A DNA stretch of 64,000 nt from the NCBI GenBank assembly GCA_964187785.1, contig OZ076409.1:52764001-52828000 (forward strand), read 5' to 3'. The notes below the pieces were generated by a model. That model did not search any database. It had not been told where the DNA came from and saw only the letters and a program-made list of their open reading frames with translations. Made by a program: the position numbers and the translations under genes. Within the stretch, counting starts at the first letter, position 1. Every line of letters starts with the position of its first letter. This stretch comes from Amphiscolops sp. MND2022. Taxonomy: Eukaryota. This document shows, one piece after another, positions 50,401 to 62,400 of the stretch.

Positions 50401-53400
50401 AATCAATAGCTTTGTTAAGAATTTTCAGTTAACAAAAGACCTCATTGTATCTAGGGAAAGTAGTTTTCATCAACTATGCTAAAATGCAAAACGGTGTCTG
50501 GGCCCTAGTCGAGATTGCTTGAACTTTTTACATGCTGCATGGAAACATGCAGGCTAGTTTTTTTAAACAAAACATCGAAAACTCAGTGAGCATGCATGCA
50601 AACATTTTGTAAAACTTCCAAGCAGTTGGTAAAATACTTGAAGCACATCCATGCATTCTGTAAAAACTTCCAGAACTTAACGAAGCCGTTTCCGGATTTT
50701 TTTTTAAAAAATGAAGCAAGAAAACGAGAGCTCCGATTGATCTTAAACATACAAAAAAGCTTGGAAAACTTATTCAAACGCTTTCTCTTTATCTTGAAAC
50801 CTACTGTACTTCATCAAAAAATAAATCCAATAGAAAAAATCAATTCAATCATTACAAAAGGGGACAATTCAGCGGTCATTACCCAGAGATATGTTTGAGA
50901 GATTTATTTGTTCTCCTGCGTTAACCCTATCCATGAGCTCAGCGGAAACCACAAGTTATTGTCAATTACCTAATCATTGTGTTGCTGTAGAAGAAAATTG
51001 GAATGATCTTACTTTAAATGGGGGTCGAAACTCTTGACGTTGATGAATCACTTTATTCAATATTGACAATGATTAATAATGGCACGTGGCAAATTATTCA
51101 AAGATTTCCATTACACTCCAGGGGACATAACTGGTGGGCACTCTTGACAGTTTCGCCAGTTTTCGTTTTGAGTTTACATTTTCGAACAATGTTGTCCGAC
51201 CCTGGATAAACTTCTGTCACAAGACCCAAGGGCCATAGTCCTCTGGGCGAGTTGTTTTCAAGAATCCACACCACTTGACCTTTCATTTTGGGATCTTTGG
51301 TCGTATGCTACTTTGATTGGGGCCTGAGAGTCGGCAAGTACTCTTTCATGAGCCTTGTCCAGAATTGATTGGCATTTGACTCGCACTGTCTATTTAGTTG
51401 AACTAGTCTATCGGTGTGTTTGTTAGCCTCTAATGTTGTCGTTGGGAAGTTGCTGCGTCGTGGGATGATGAAATGGTTGGGTGTGAGGCATTCTATGTCG
51501 TTGCTATCTGCTGAAGCTTTTGTCAGAGGTCTGCTATTCATAATTCCTTCCACTTGGCAAATGAAGGTATTGAATGTCTGTTGGGTCCAACTTTGGGTTC
51601 CAGACATTGAGTAGATGATTCTTTTTGCCATCCTGATTAGACGTTCCCAAGCTCCTCCTTCATGTGGCGTTCCAGGGGGTATGAATTTCCAATCAATTTG
51701 TTGGGATCCTAGTTTTTCTTCTATCTTTCCCAGGTCCAAGGATTTGGCTGCTGCGTGGAATGTACTCGCGTTGTCAGATGTTAAACTTGTTGGTTTTCCT
51801 CGTCGGCTTGTGAATCGTCTGATCGCTAGTAAGCATGAGTCAGTTGTCAGGTCTTCAACAACTTCGAAGTGCACTGCTCTTGTTCTGAAGCAGGTGAAAA
51901 TGCAGACGTATTGGCTGGTGCGTTGATTTCTTTGATATACAGGAAAGGGTCCAAAGTAGTCCATTCCAATGTCTTCGGAAGCTGCATGTGTCTTCGCGAA
52001 TCTAAATTCCGGCAGGTTACCCATTTTGGGTTGACTAGGTAGTTGACGTTGGCGTTTGCAGATGAAAGTTGTAGATTATTTGTTTGAGTGTGGTTGTCAA
52101 ATGGGTCATCCAGTGTTCTTGTTGCAGTATTACTCTCATGTGTTCTAGTCCTACGTGTCCTTCATCTTCGTGTATGTGCTGTATGTAGAGTCGTATGATG
52201 TAGTGTTTGGCATCTACGATTTGAGGGTTTTTTATTCGAAAGTTGATTGGGGCTTTTTGAAGTCGGCTGAGTGATCGAAGTGTTCCTTCTTGATCGAGAT
52301 ATGGGTTGAAGCTGACAATCTTGATGCGTGCTTTAACGGTTTGTGTTCTTTGGATGTCCTTGATGTCTTCTGGAAAGCTTTCATTTTGTGCGACTCTGAA
52401 AAGAATGTCTTTACTCCGTTGATAACGTTCTTTTACTGTGGATAGTCGTCGTTTGGCAAGATCCAATGTCTTGAGAATATAGAAGGTAGTTCGAAGCAAT
52501 CTTTTCCACGATGAGAATTGTTTGTAGTCCACGATTGTTTGTAGGTATGCGGTGTATTGCAGATTAGGCTGTAGGTTTGTATGTCGTCTGTTTTTGATGT
52601 CGGCATATTGTCCAGGGTGTTGGGTGTGGTGTCTTCGATAGTTCGAGGCCATAAATGTGAAGGCAACTTGAGAAAAGCTGGTCCATTCATCCATTGTGAG
52701 TGCTTGAGTTCTGTTGTCTTGATTCCTCGGGTTCCTTCGTCGGCTGGATTGAGTTTTGTAGGTACGTATTTCCAATCATCTATAGCTGTCGTGTGTCGTA
52801 ACTCGTGTAGTCGATTGGCAATATACGTTTTCTGTCGGTTGTTAATGTTGTAGATCCAATGTAAGACAACTGTGCTGTCAGTCCAGTGTGTGATCTTTGA
52901 GACTGACAGGGTCGTGTTTTTGATGAATGCTCTTTGTAATCGGTTCGACACACGACAGCTATAGATGATTGGAAATACGTACCTACAAAACTCAATCCAG
53001 CCGACGAAGGAACCCGAGGAATCAAGACAACAGAACTCAAGCACTCACAATGGATGAATGGACCAGCTTTTCTGCTATGTTCTTTGTGAGGAAGCTTGAC
53101 GTACTTCCACTGTCAAGTAGAGCATACACTGCTGTAAAGCGGTGTTGATTGTGCAGGTTGATTGGTAAAATCTGCACAGTGGCTGCTGGCTGATGTGTCT
53201 CTGTTCTGTAGTTTTCGGCTTCTGTGTTCCTTTGAAGGCAGTTGTTTGTCGATACCTTTTGTGTCACGTGAACTGATGCAGTTGTTCCTTTGTGGCTCGG
53301 GCTTTTGTCTTGAGATGCTTCCAGTGGCTGATTTCTGTTGTTTGTTCTGAATCCTTGTCTTCCGGTGAGGTGTGATGAGCTACCGGCTATCTGGAAGTCT

Positions 53401-56400
53401 CTATGAAGTAAAGTGTTGTGTCGTTTATTGCAGTTGCTATGTTGGCAGTTCTTCTTTGAAGGGCAGTTGGCAATGCGGTGGTCTTTATTCAGGCAGTTGA
53501 AACAGACCACTGTTTCTTGTAGTCATCTCTCTCTCTTCCGGGCTCTGTGCGATGAAAATTGGGCATTTGAAAATTTGGTGTCGTCCATCTCCTAGAGGGC
53601 AGGTTGCTGATTGACTTGTTGATCCTTTGCTGTTGATGGTCTGTGTTGTGAATGTCTGTAGTGTATGTAGTTGTTGGTTATCATTGTCTTCTAGTAGCTC
53701 GTATGCTTCTGCTATCGGCTTCAACCAATCGCAGAAGGTAATCAGATTTGGTCGGTCGATGCTGCGGTTGACGATGTATTGTTGCCATCGTATAAGATCT
53801 GAGGTGGGTAATTTCTTGATGGCATGTCGCAAGTTTGTTGTTGATTCCAGGTCAGCTGTGTGTTCTAAGTGCTGCAGATTGCGGATCATTCCTTTGATGA
53901 ATGTTGTGTAGTTGATGTATGATTCAGGGTTACCTTTGATTGGTGGTTGGTGGTCCAGGAGTTGTTGTATGTACGCATTGACAATTGTCGTTGCTTTTCC
54001 AAATTTTCTTTCGAGTTCCTGCAGGGCATCAATGTAGAATTGTCCGTTGCAGTGGAAATGAAGAATGGCGTCTTTTGCTTTTCCTGTAACTAATCCTTGT
54101 AGATACGCGATCTTCTGGCTGTTGCTGAGTGGCGTGTTGCCGATCATGAAGTTGAAGCGACTTCTCCAATCAGACCACTGTAGAGGGTCCCCAGTGTAGG
54201 GTTCAATGTTCATCTTTGGCAGTGTGTTCAAGTAGGGTCCAAATGTCAGGTCATATGGTATTCCATAGTGGTCTGCGGTGGCATTCGTAGCTGCATGGAC
54301 TGCGGATGCTGTTGGCAGTGACCCTTGTCGATCCTCTTGGTTGTCTGCTGCATTTGCTTGACGATTGTTGACAGTCTGTGGGGTTGAGTTGCTGTTGTCC
54401 GGTTGGGTCTGTTGTCGTCTGTGATCTTCTTCATCGTTGATGGCGTCGAAACTGACATTGGCTGCACGTCCCGTTTGATTGTTAGCGACGTCGGGTTGTT
54501 GATTAGCTGTCATGGTTTGAAAAGTGGACGCTGGCGTTATGTTCGCCTGTGTTTCGCTGAGGTGCATACTTTTCTGCGCAAGCTCATCGACTTGTAGATG
54601 AAATTGCGAGAGCTGGTCGATCAGTTCGGTTTGTTCTTCGGCTGGGGTTTCGTCAATTGCTTCATAAGTTTTCTCTTCTAAGTCTTCAAGTCTTAGTTGT
54701 ACTGTGTTTTTGTAATGGTTAATTGCAATAATGTTTGGCTTTTCTGACTCTAATTCTTTTGAAAAACTGTTCAACGCTGACTCCATTTTAGTTTTTGCAA
54801 TGTGAAGTTTTGCCTTTATTGTGGCGATTGACTTTTTCGGGGGCATGTTCATTCAAAATTGTCGGAGGGGTCACTAAAAATTGTGGAAGAAAATTGGAAT
54901 GATCTTACTTTAAATGGGGGTCGAAACTCTTGACGTTGATGAATCACTTTATTCAATATTGACAATGATTAATAATGGCACGTGGCAAATTATTCAAAGA
55001 TTTCCATTACAGTTGCTGACTTAGTATTTGAACTTCTAAATATTCTTTGAGCTTCAATATTATTTTAGCTGTGGAAAAATAAAAGCACTGAACAAACAAG
55101 ATGGAAACGTCTCACGTCGGCGCCCGCTTAAGGCTCAAAGAGCGAAGTTTTTAAAATATGCTCCGGGTGTTTCGAGTAGAATTTATTAATCATAGGAAGT
55201 ACCAAACAGGTGGCAGTTGGATGGTACTAAATTAACTTGTAGAAAAGCTTATACAAATGGCAATTCGCTGGTCTTGAATTATAGTTGATTTTTTGGAGAC
55301 CGCAAAATTGCACCATTTTTATTAAGTGCTTCAAATTCATCGAATATTTGATATCACCGGTTCGTGAGCATTTGTCAAAATAAAATTCGAGGCCAAAATG
55401 TCCATATCATTTGTATTGTTGGCAGTTTTATCCTATCAGGACATCTTCACTTAGAGGAAGTAGTCACTCAACACAACAGGACAAAACATAAGTTACTGAA
55501 GTTAGGCTCTTGTTGATATATGTTCCGAATAGTTTTTTTTACTTCAATGGAAGTCGTTACAAAAACTATAGCGCTCTAGTCATTCTAATTTTCACGTGTC
55601 GCGTTATTTTACGCTCCACAACAGTATTGTATATTTTTACCTATATTGTATATCATGTTAAGTACAATGAAGTGATGTCCCTGAATCTTTCGTTTGCAAG
55701 GTTTCGTGGAATGCCCTGTCGTGATGTACCTGTGGGACCAATGGATTTTGGGGCTAGACTGTAGCGACTATGATGTATGGGTACCTTTGGCTACTGTTGT
55801 CATCTATCTGCTGAAAGAACCTCTCCTGAGGGCCACTAATGTTAGTACTAACTTTATTATTACTGCTTATTCTTTATTTTTATCAATTTAATTTTTCAAA
55901 AGTCCTTTATTATTAATCTCCAAACCGCACTCCAGCTGCCTTTAAAAATGAAAGTCTTGTAGAAATAGGGTTGTAGATGCTTTGTGATCCAGTTTGGTGT
56001 TAACACGATGTGTATACGAAGGAAATGTTTTTCAGGTCAAAAATTTTGCTACTCAAACTCAAGAGTATGTATGCCTTCTTAACTTGATTATGACTTTTCA
56101 ATGTCTTACAGGCTCAACAACTAGAGGAAGTTATTCAGAGACAGTCGATTCTCCTTACAGTAGATAACATACAATATGAGGTTACTTTTCTTTTTATAGT
56201 TTTCTTAACATAGTTATTAGTTCTTAACCCTCAACGTTGTGTTAAAATTTCTGAATCTTTTGATTGGAAGTCTTCCCACTGTCATATAACCAGGGCTTTA
56301 TCGTGAAAATTGAATGAGTGTGTTTCAAGAGAAACCGTTCTGCATTCAGAGAACTGGTTTCAAAGAATGTTGTCTTGTTTCAGTTTCAAAAGCGCTTCTA

Positions 56401-59400
56401 CAGAGAATTATTCAATAAACTCAGTAAATCCGAAGACAAAGATTCCCTAGCCGTTGATCCTCTCTCAAGTAAGTTTTTCATTCATATTGAGAACAAATTC
56501 TATACTAGGAAGCAATCAGACCTATGTGCTTATAGCCAGCGCTTTTTGAAAAAAGCAGACTCACAGTATCTAGTTAGTCGGCGCGGGAACATTTTTTCTC
56601 AAATTTGGAGTTTTCAGTTAAATAAAAGTTTTTTTAGTTGATTTTGTTCATTAACAGATATGTTTCCCTGTGAAAGGAATGCATTTTAAGTGGGCGTTTT
56701 TTGAAGAACGGACCCTTAAAATGATTAGTTTTTTCTTCAATGTTTGACTATCTTTCAAACAGATCACAGTATGTATTTGTGAATGGGAATCGGAGTGATG
56801 TTGCTGAAATTGTTACGGGAGTTCCCCAAGGGTCAGTTCTCGGTCCCTTTTTGTTCCTGGTATATATCAATGACTTTCCACAGACCTTTCAAAATGATAT
56901 TAAAATTGCACTTTTCGCAGATGACACATCCATCATTAAAACTGCAAAAGGGAGTTGTAACATGCAAAATGACTTCGATAAAATTTGTGATTGGTTCAAT
57001 TATAACAAATTGTCTATCAACACCACAAAATGTGAGACTATGTCTTTTGGTAGCAACTACTAAAATTTGCTAACTGTTCATTACGAAGTTATTTCACGAA
57101 ACACATGTTGTAAGTATTTGGGTGTGTACATAGACTCTAAGTTAACATTCAGAGACCATATTAATCACGTAGTAAAAAAACTCAATAAATTTTGCGGCCT
57201 GATCTATAGAGTTCGGGATATTTATCCAATAAAATGTTTAATGTCGTTTTACAATGCGTATGCTAGGAGTGTAATTTGCTATGGCCTATTGATTTATGGG
57301 AGCGCAGCGAGAACAAACCTTGAAAAAGTTGAAATGGCACAAAGGCGAATTATTAGAGCTATTCTATTCAAAAAAAAGTCTGACAGTTTACAAGATATTC
57401 TGCGGCAAACCAAGCTCAATACAGTTTTTGAATTGTTCAATTTGGATGTTTTCCGAGAAATCTTTAATCAACTGACATTTTGGATGTTTTCCGAGAAATC
57501 TTTAATCAACTGAGATCTAATGGAACAGCGAAATTTTCAAAACTGGTTGCTGAAACGAAACATCAAAAAACGAGAGGATCGAAAAAAGGTATCTTGCCAA
57601 TACCCTATAGCCGAACAAAAAGTAAATCAAAATCGGTTGAACATACACTAATCAGAGGATATAATTGGTTGCTGAAATTGAACTTAATACCTGTTGGTAT
57701 CGAAACCATGTCACAGGCGCAAATCAAAACTTACCTGAAAGACCTAAATAGGCTTTATATAACAGATAGTAGTGACCTTTTTGCATTATTCTTCCAATGA
57801 AGAAGTTGGTCGCTGTTCTTGAGATACTGCTGGATCTATAGCATTAACTAAAGAATAAACGATTTTTTTTTTCGTGTAAACTTAGTGGTGACTGTGAATA
57901 ATAAATGAATCAGTTTGATTTGGTCTGAATTTGGTTCTCTAATGTCCAGGGCAGAAACTCGAAGAGCTGATTATGCTCCTTTTCTGTCCTGCTTGGACGT
58001 TTTTGTTACTTTAATTTTTTTGATAATTGTCATTGTAATATGCATACGTTCAAGAAAAATAAAACTTCAAACTTCCGCTCACTCTGAAGTGTTCACTTTC
58101 ATGAATAATACCATGTTTATAAATTCACAACGCTTGAGCCGCCGCTTGTCCAGTAGTTGACATGCGTTTGTTTGTTTTTTTTTGGGGGGGGGGGTTTGGG
58201 AGGGTGTCAGGAGTTTGTGGGTTCAAATTCCGCGTTAGTTGAAAAAGTTATATTTGCAAAACTAAATGAGATCAAAGGGTTCCCTTCGGTTCTTAAAACT
58301 GTTTCCACTAAGTGAAACGTTTTTCGATTTGTTTTTTTTTGCACATGACGAAGTCAATGTGCATTGCAGTCCAGCTAAGTAAGTTTTTTTCCACTATAGT
58401 CAACTTCATAATGAGCGCCTTTTAGAAAAAAGCCAAAACCCCAGAGAGATTCGAACCTGCAGCTTCCCGATTGCACAGCATAAGTGTTGACCACTGTGCC
58501 ATAGGGACGTTATTGAACAAAGTTGAACTGTTGAATATATACGCATGCGATTGAATATATACGATTTTTCGGCATTCGTATATAAATTATTAATGTATAA
58601 ATTCGTATATATTAAAATAATCGATGTCTTCGTCATGTGTTGCGAAGCACCGCTTCGCCTCTGTGTTGAAATAGGTTTTTACCCAGTGAAAGTCGTTTGT
58701 CGATTAGGGTTTTTGGTTATTCTTCACAATTTTGGATTTTCTTGAAAGTTTTCACCCAGGGATAAACGTTTTTTTTTCTGTCTGAACGGTGCTTCATTGG
58801 GGTATTTTTTGTCACTATGAGATTGATAAGGGTTTTCTCAATAATTTTCCTTAAGCATGTTCTGAAGTTTTGCTCTGTTTGAGTGAATAAACAGAGATTA
58901 TTTAACGAAGAGAGATTTAAAGAATAAGAAACCCCATAATAAGACTTTATAGGATCGTAATTCGTTTTTTTCATAGGATCCTATTTTCTGGTGATCGTTG
59001 CTTTTTGCTTTAAGTTTTGTAAAAAAAAACATTTGTAAAGCATCCAAACAATCTACCCTTTAGTTACCTTTCTTTTGTGCTATCTACAAAACGAGAAGAG
59101 CTGAAATGTTCCGTTCGTGGATTTTTTGACATTTCTGGATTTTCAAAAAAATTCATTATCCAAAATAGTCCGCTCTTTGACAACTTTACTAAATTTTTTG
59201 GTACTTTGGGGTTTGTCGGAATTTCTCAAATACAGCTTCTTGGGAAATTGGAACTACTTAACACTTTCCAAGAGCGGGAAATTTCCGTCCCTATTTCCGT
59301 CCGTAGCAGGACTTAGACCGAATGTTCAGTTACTGTAGCCGCTGAATACTGGCTGGAGAACGATTATCCGATTTGGACAATTGCGGTTTTGTGAACGTTT

Positions 59401-62400
59401 GTGCGTTTCTTTACATTGAATCAAATCTGACTTTTCATTGACAAAACGTCCTTAACGATCAATAAATCTCTTCGGCGGTCCCGCACCGTTTTTCACGTTT
59501 CCTAAATCTAAAGTTGTCAATAAAACTTGTTACTCGGATCTTATTAGACAAAACGAACGAGTTTTTATTCATTCAAGGTATTAAACTTGATTGGGTGTCG
59601 CTAAATTCTGTGGGCGTCATTCTTTGAGTATAAAATTAGCAGTGAACATGTGGAGCGGAACAAGACGGAACAAGTCGGCGCTATATCTAAAGGCTTAAGA
59701 AGCACAGTTTTTAAAATATGCGTACCACGTTTTCATGAAAAATATAGTTCACGCAATATAGTTCGGATATAACCCTTTAGTCTCGTCCGTTTTGTAGGTA
59801 ACATTTAAAAAAGTTAAAAAAATGAAAGGTTGACCCCTTGCACTACGTTTCCGCTGGCCGGACTTGACCTCAGTAGTTTTAGTAGTTTCTGTAAAAAGTG
59901 GACCGATCAGTGTGAGGTTTTTGGTCTGGAGAAAAAAAGGGTCAATGTTAAGAGTCGGGCATTTTTCCTTGAAAGGAAAATGCGCCAACTAAAAATTACT
60001 CGAGTGAAAATTTGGTATTTTGATAAATGCACTCTATTTGTAGCGATGGGATTGCCCGCCCCGTGGGTGAACTGGACAAAGGAGGTGTTGCCCGAGAGAA
60101 CTAGAGCCGAGGACAGGAGACTGATGCGCGAACAGAGAGCTGTGTTCAAACTCAGACAACTGCGCAACGAACAGAGTCTTGCTCAGAACGACAACAGACT
60201 CAATCTTCCTCCTCAGTAAGAAAAGCATGAACATATTCATTTTATCGTTTTGTAACATTGCATTTGAGACTTGAAGAGGATGTTCGAGTTGTGTAGAAAT
60301 TTGATTAAAACGACTTCCATGTGTTGCCTGTGCAAGAAGCTACCCATAAGCAGTGATGACCAATTAAATTTTTTCAAAGGAAAATTTAACATTTAACGGG
60401 TAGACCTTGAATTTAAGGGATCCATTAAATGGATTTTTCCATGAAAATGCATTGGAAAAAATGAATTTATTCATGTTCACAATCAAGACAAATCAATCGC
60501 AAAAGTAAATTTTGCATTGAGAGTCTATTTCTTCGTTTCTCAGTCAGAAACGTTGCCCTCAAAAACATGCGCTCTGTTCATGTATCAACTTTTCAACCGG
60601 CTACTTTTATGATTTTCATATTTGGCGATACCTTTTTTCCTGCAAGTGTCTTAATGCTGTAAGTCTCAATAATAACTACTGAAATCCATTTCAAGCAAGG
60701 TGCAACTTCTATTTTAACCCTAAATAGCCAAGCGGTACTTTAAAGCAGCCTGTTTTTTCAACTTCTGATCGTTTTGCCAGTAGCCCATATTCGTTAGCGC
60801 AATTTCTGTTGAACAATTTGTTGGTACCGTGTTTGGTCTCAACGGCACAAGCATTCGCAAAAGTAAATTTTTCTTCAAAGCTGAAAAATGGTGTTTTCTT
60901 GCAAAAAAGGTTATACCATTCTAAAATTCCAATTTTGACAAAATCCCGTTTTTTTGAAAAGTCATGGACCCATAAAGAAATGCAACCCCATACCCTTTCA
61001 CAACAAGACCTTGCGCGACAAAAACCAAATAATATGCTGTTGTTACAAGCCCCCAACTAAAATTCTGAAGAATGGAGCGCCAAGAGCTCATCAAAGTGAA
61101 AGCCCAGTTTCAATCACATCGTTCAAACGCGCTATCGTTTATTTCTCTTGTATGCGTAGTTGTGCAGGTATTATTGATTAATCAGATTTTTCGAAAAATT
61201 GCACAAACGCCAAGGTCAATATGAATGCATAGAATGGTTAATATTTGTGATGTAGAGGTGATGGCGTAGCCATGTACGACAGGCTGACGGAAGAGAAGCA
61301 GCAGTTGGAAGAAGACAGAGAGCACCTGGAGCAGATGGTGGAACAGGAGAGACGCAAGAGGGAAGACGTGGAGAGGAGGGCCCAGAGGGAGATATCACAG
61401 CTGCAGGCGGAGCTCCAGAAGCTGCGAAGAGTACAACAGGTAAGCAAGGCACGAATAGGATGTGAAGTTGGGAAAACATATACTACTACGTTGCAATTTT
61501 CCATGGTCCGTCGCCATAATTCGAAAGTTTTATCATCTGTTCTAAAGATATGTGCATGGGGTCCATTCGAATCCGGTGTGGAATATGAGTTGCTTGATTT
61601 TGAGTTCCGGTTGCTTGATATGAAAGTCATCAAAATGTGACGGAAACTCAGTGAGCAGTTTGTTTCTCTCGACGATTCTTAGTCGGCGCTTTATGAAATA
61701 AAACGTGACTATTACAGTGGTGGCTTTTCGTAGTGTTATTTAGTCGGCGTTTTTGAAGAAAATGCACGACTCTTACAGTGGCTAGTTTTTTCGTCAGTTC
61801 AACGCGATCGGTCCACTTTTTTGTTCATTTGTTCAAATTCTTCGCCAACCAATTTTCAGACTTTCAGAAGGAGGAGAGCGTGGGTTCGAGTCTCGCACTA
61901 AACCACAAGTTTTTTAATGTTTCCAAAGTAGAGGGTAGCCCAAAGGGTTCCCCCTTTGGGTTTTTTGGCACTATGCAACTTTTTTCCGAAAATTTTTAAA
62001 ATTTTATCAAAGGGTTCCCCCTTGAATTTTTTGTTGTCGGTTTGTAAAAAACGTTTAATGAGCCTAAAGGGTCTTTTTTGGGTTTTTCGGCATTATGCGA
62101 CTTTTTTTACCAAATACTTTTTTGGAAAATTTTTAATTTTTTTCAAAGGCAAATTAGTTTTTTTCTGATGTTTCCAGTGAAGAAAAAACTTTGAGTTTTG
62201 GGGAAAACCCTTTCGGGATTTTTCGGCGCTGTGTGATAAATGAAAAAGTTTTTCCTTGAATATTATTGAACCTTAGATATGACGCTGACTTGACCGTTCC
62301 CGGCTTGTTTTTCAATCCGGTCGAAGTTACCATTCCGTGCCGAATTCCAAAATTCTACAAAAATTCTGCAAATTGGTCGGAATGGTCTCCTCATTCTTAT

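Larger units (their letters stand above)
50986..55011 (-). mobile_element. Young Bel/Pao LTR retrotransposon, intronic and antisense, lacking RT
   Basis: 130-bp LTRs 50986-51115 and 54882-55011 (1 mismatch), TG..CA ends, TSD GTTGC. PBS-like TAGTGACCCC (tRNA-Trp type). Gag with DUF1759-like region and Cys/His knuckles, protease LLDSGS, RNase H tail WTDSTVVLHWI..NPADEG, integrase. Confidence 0.95.

Noticed and set aside
58438..58508. Functional tRNA-His gene
   Set aside because: Anticodon and T stems do not pair; only the A and B boxes are retained.
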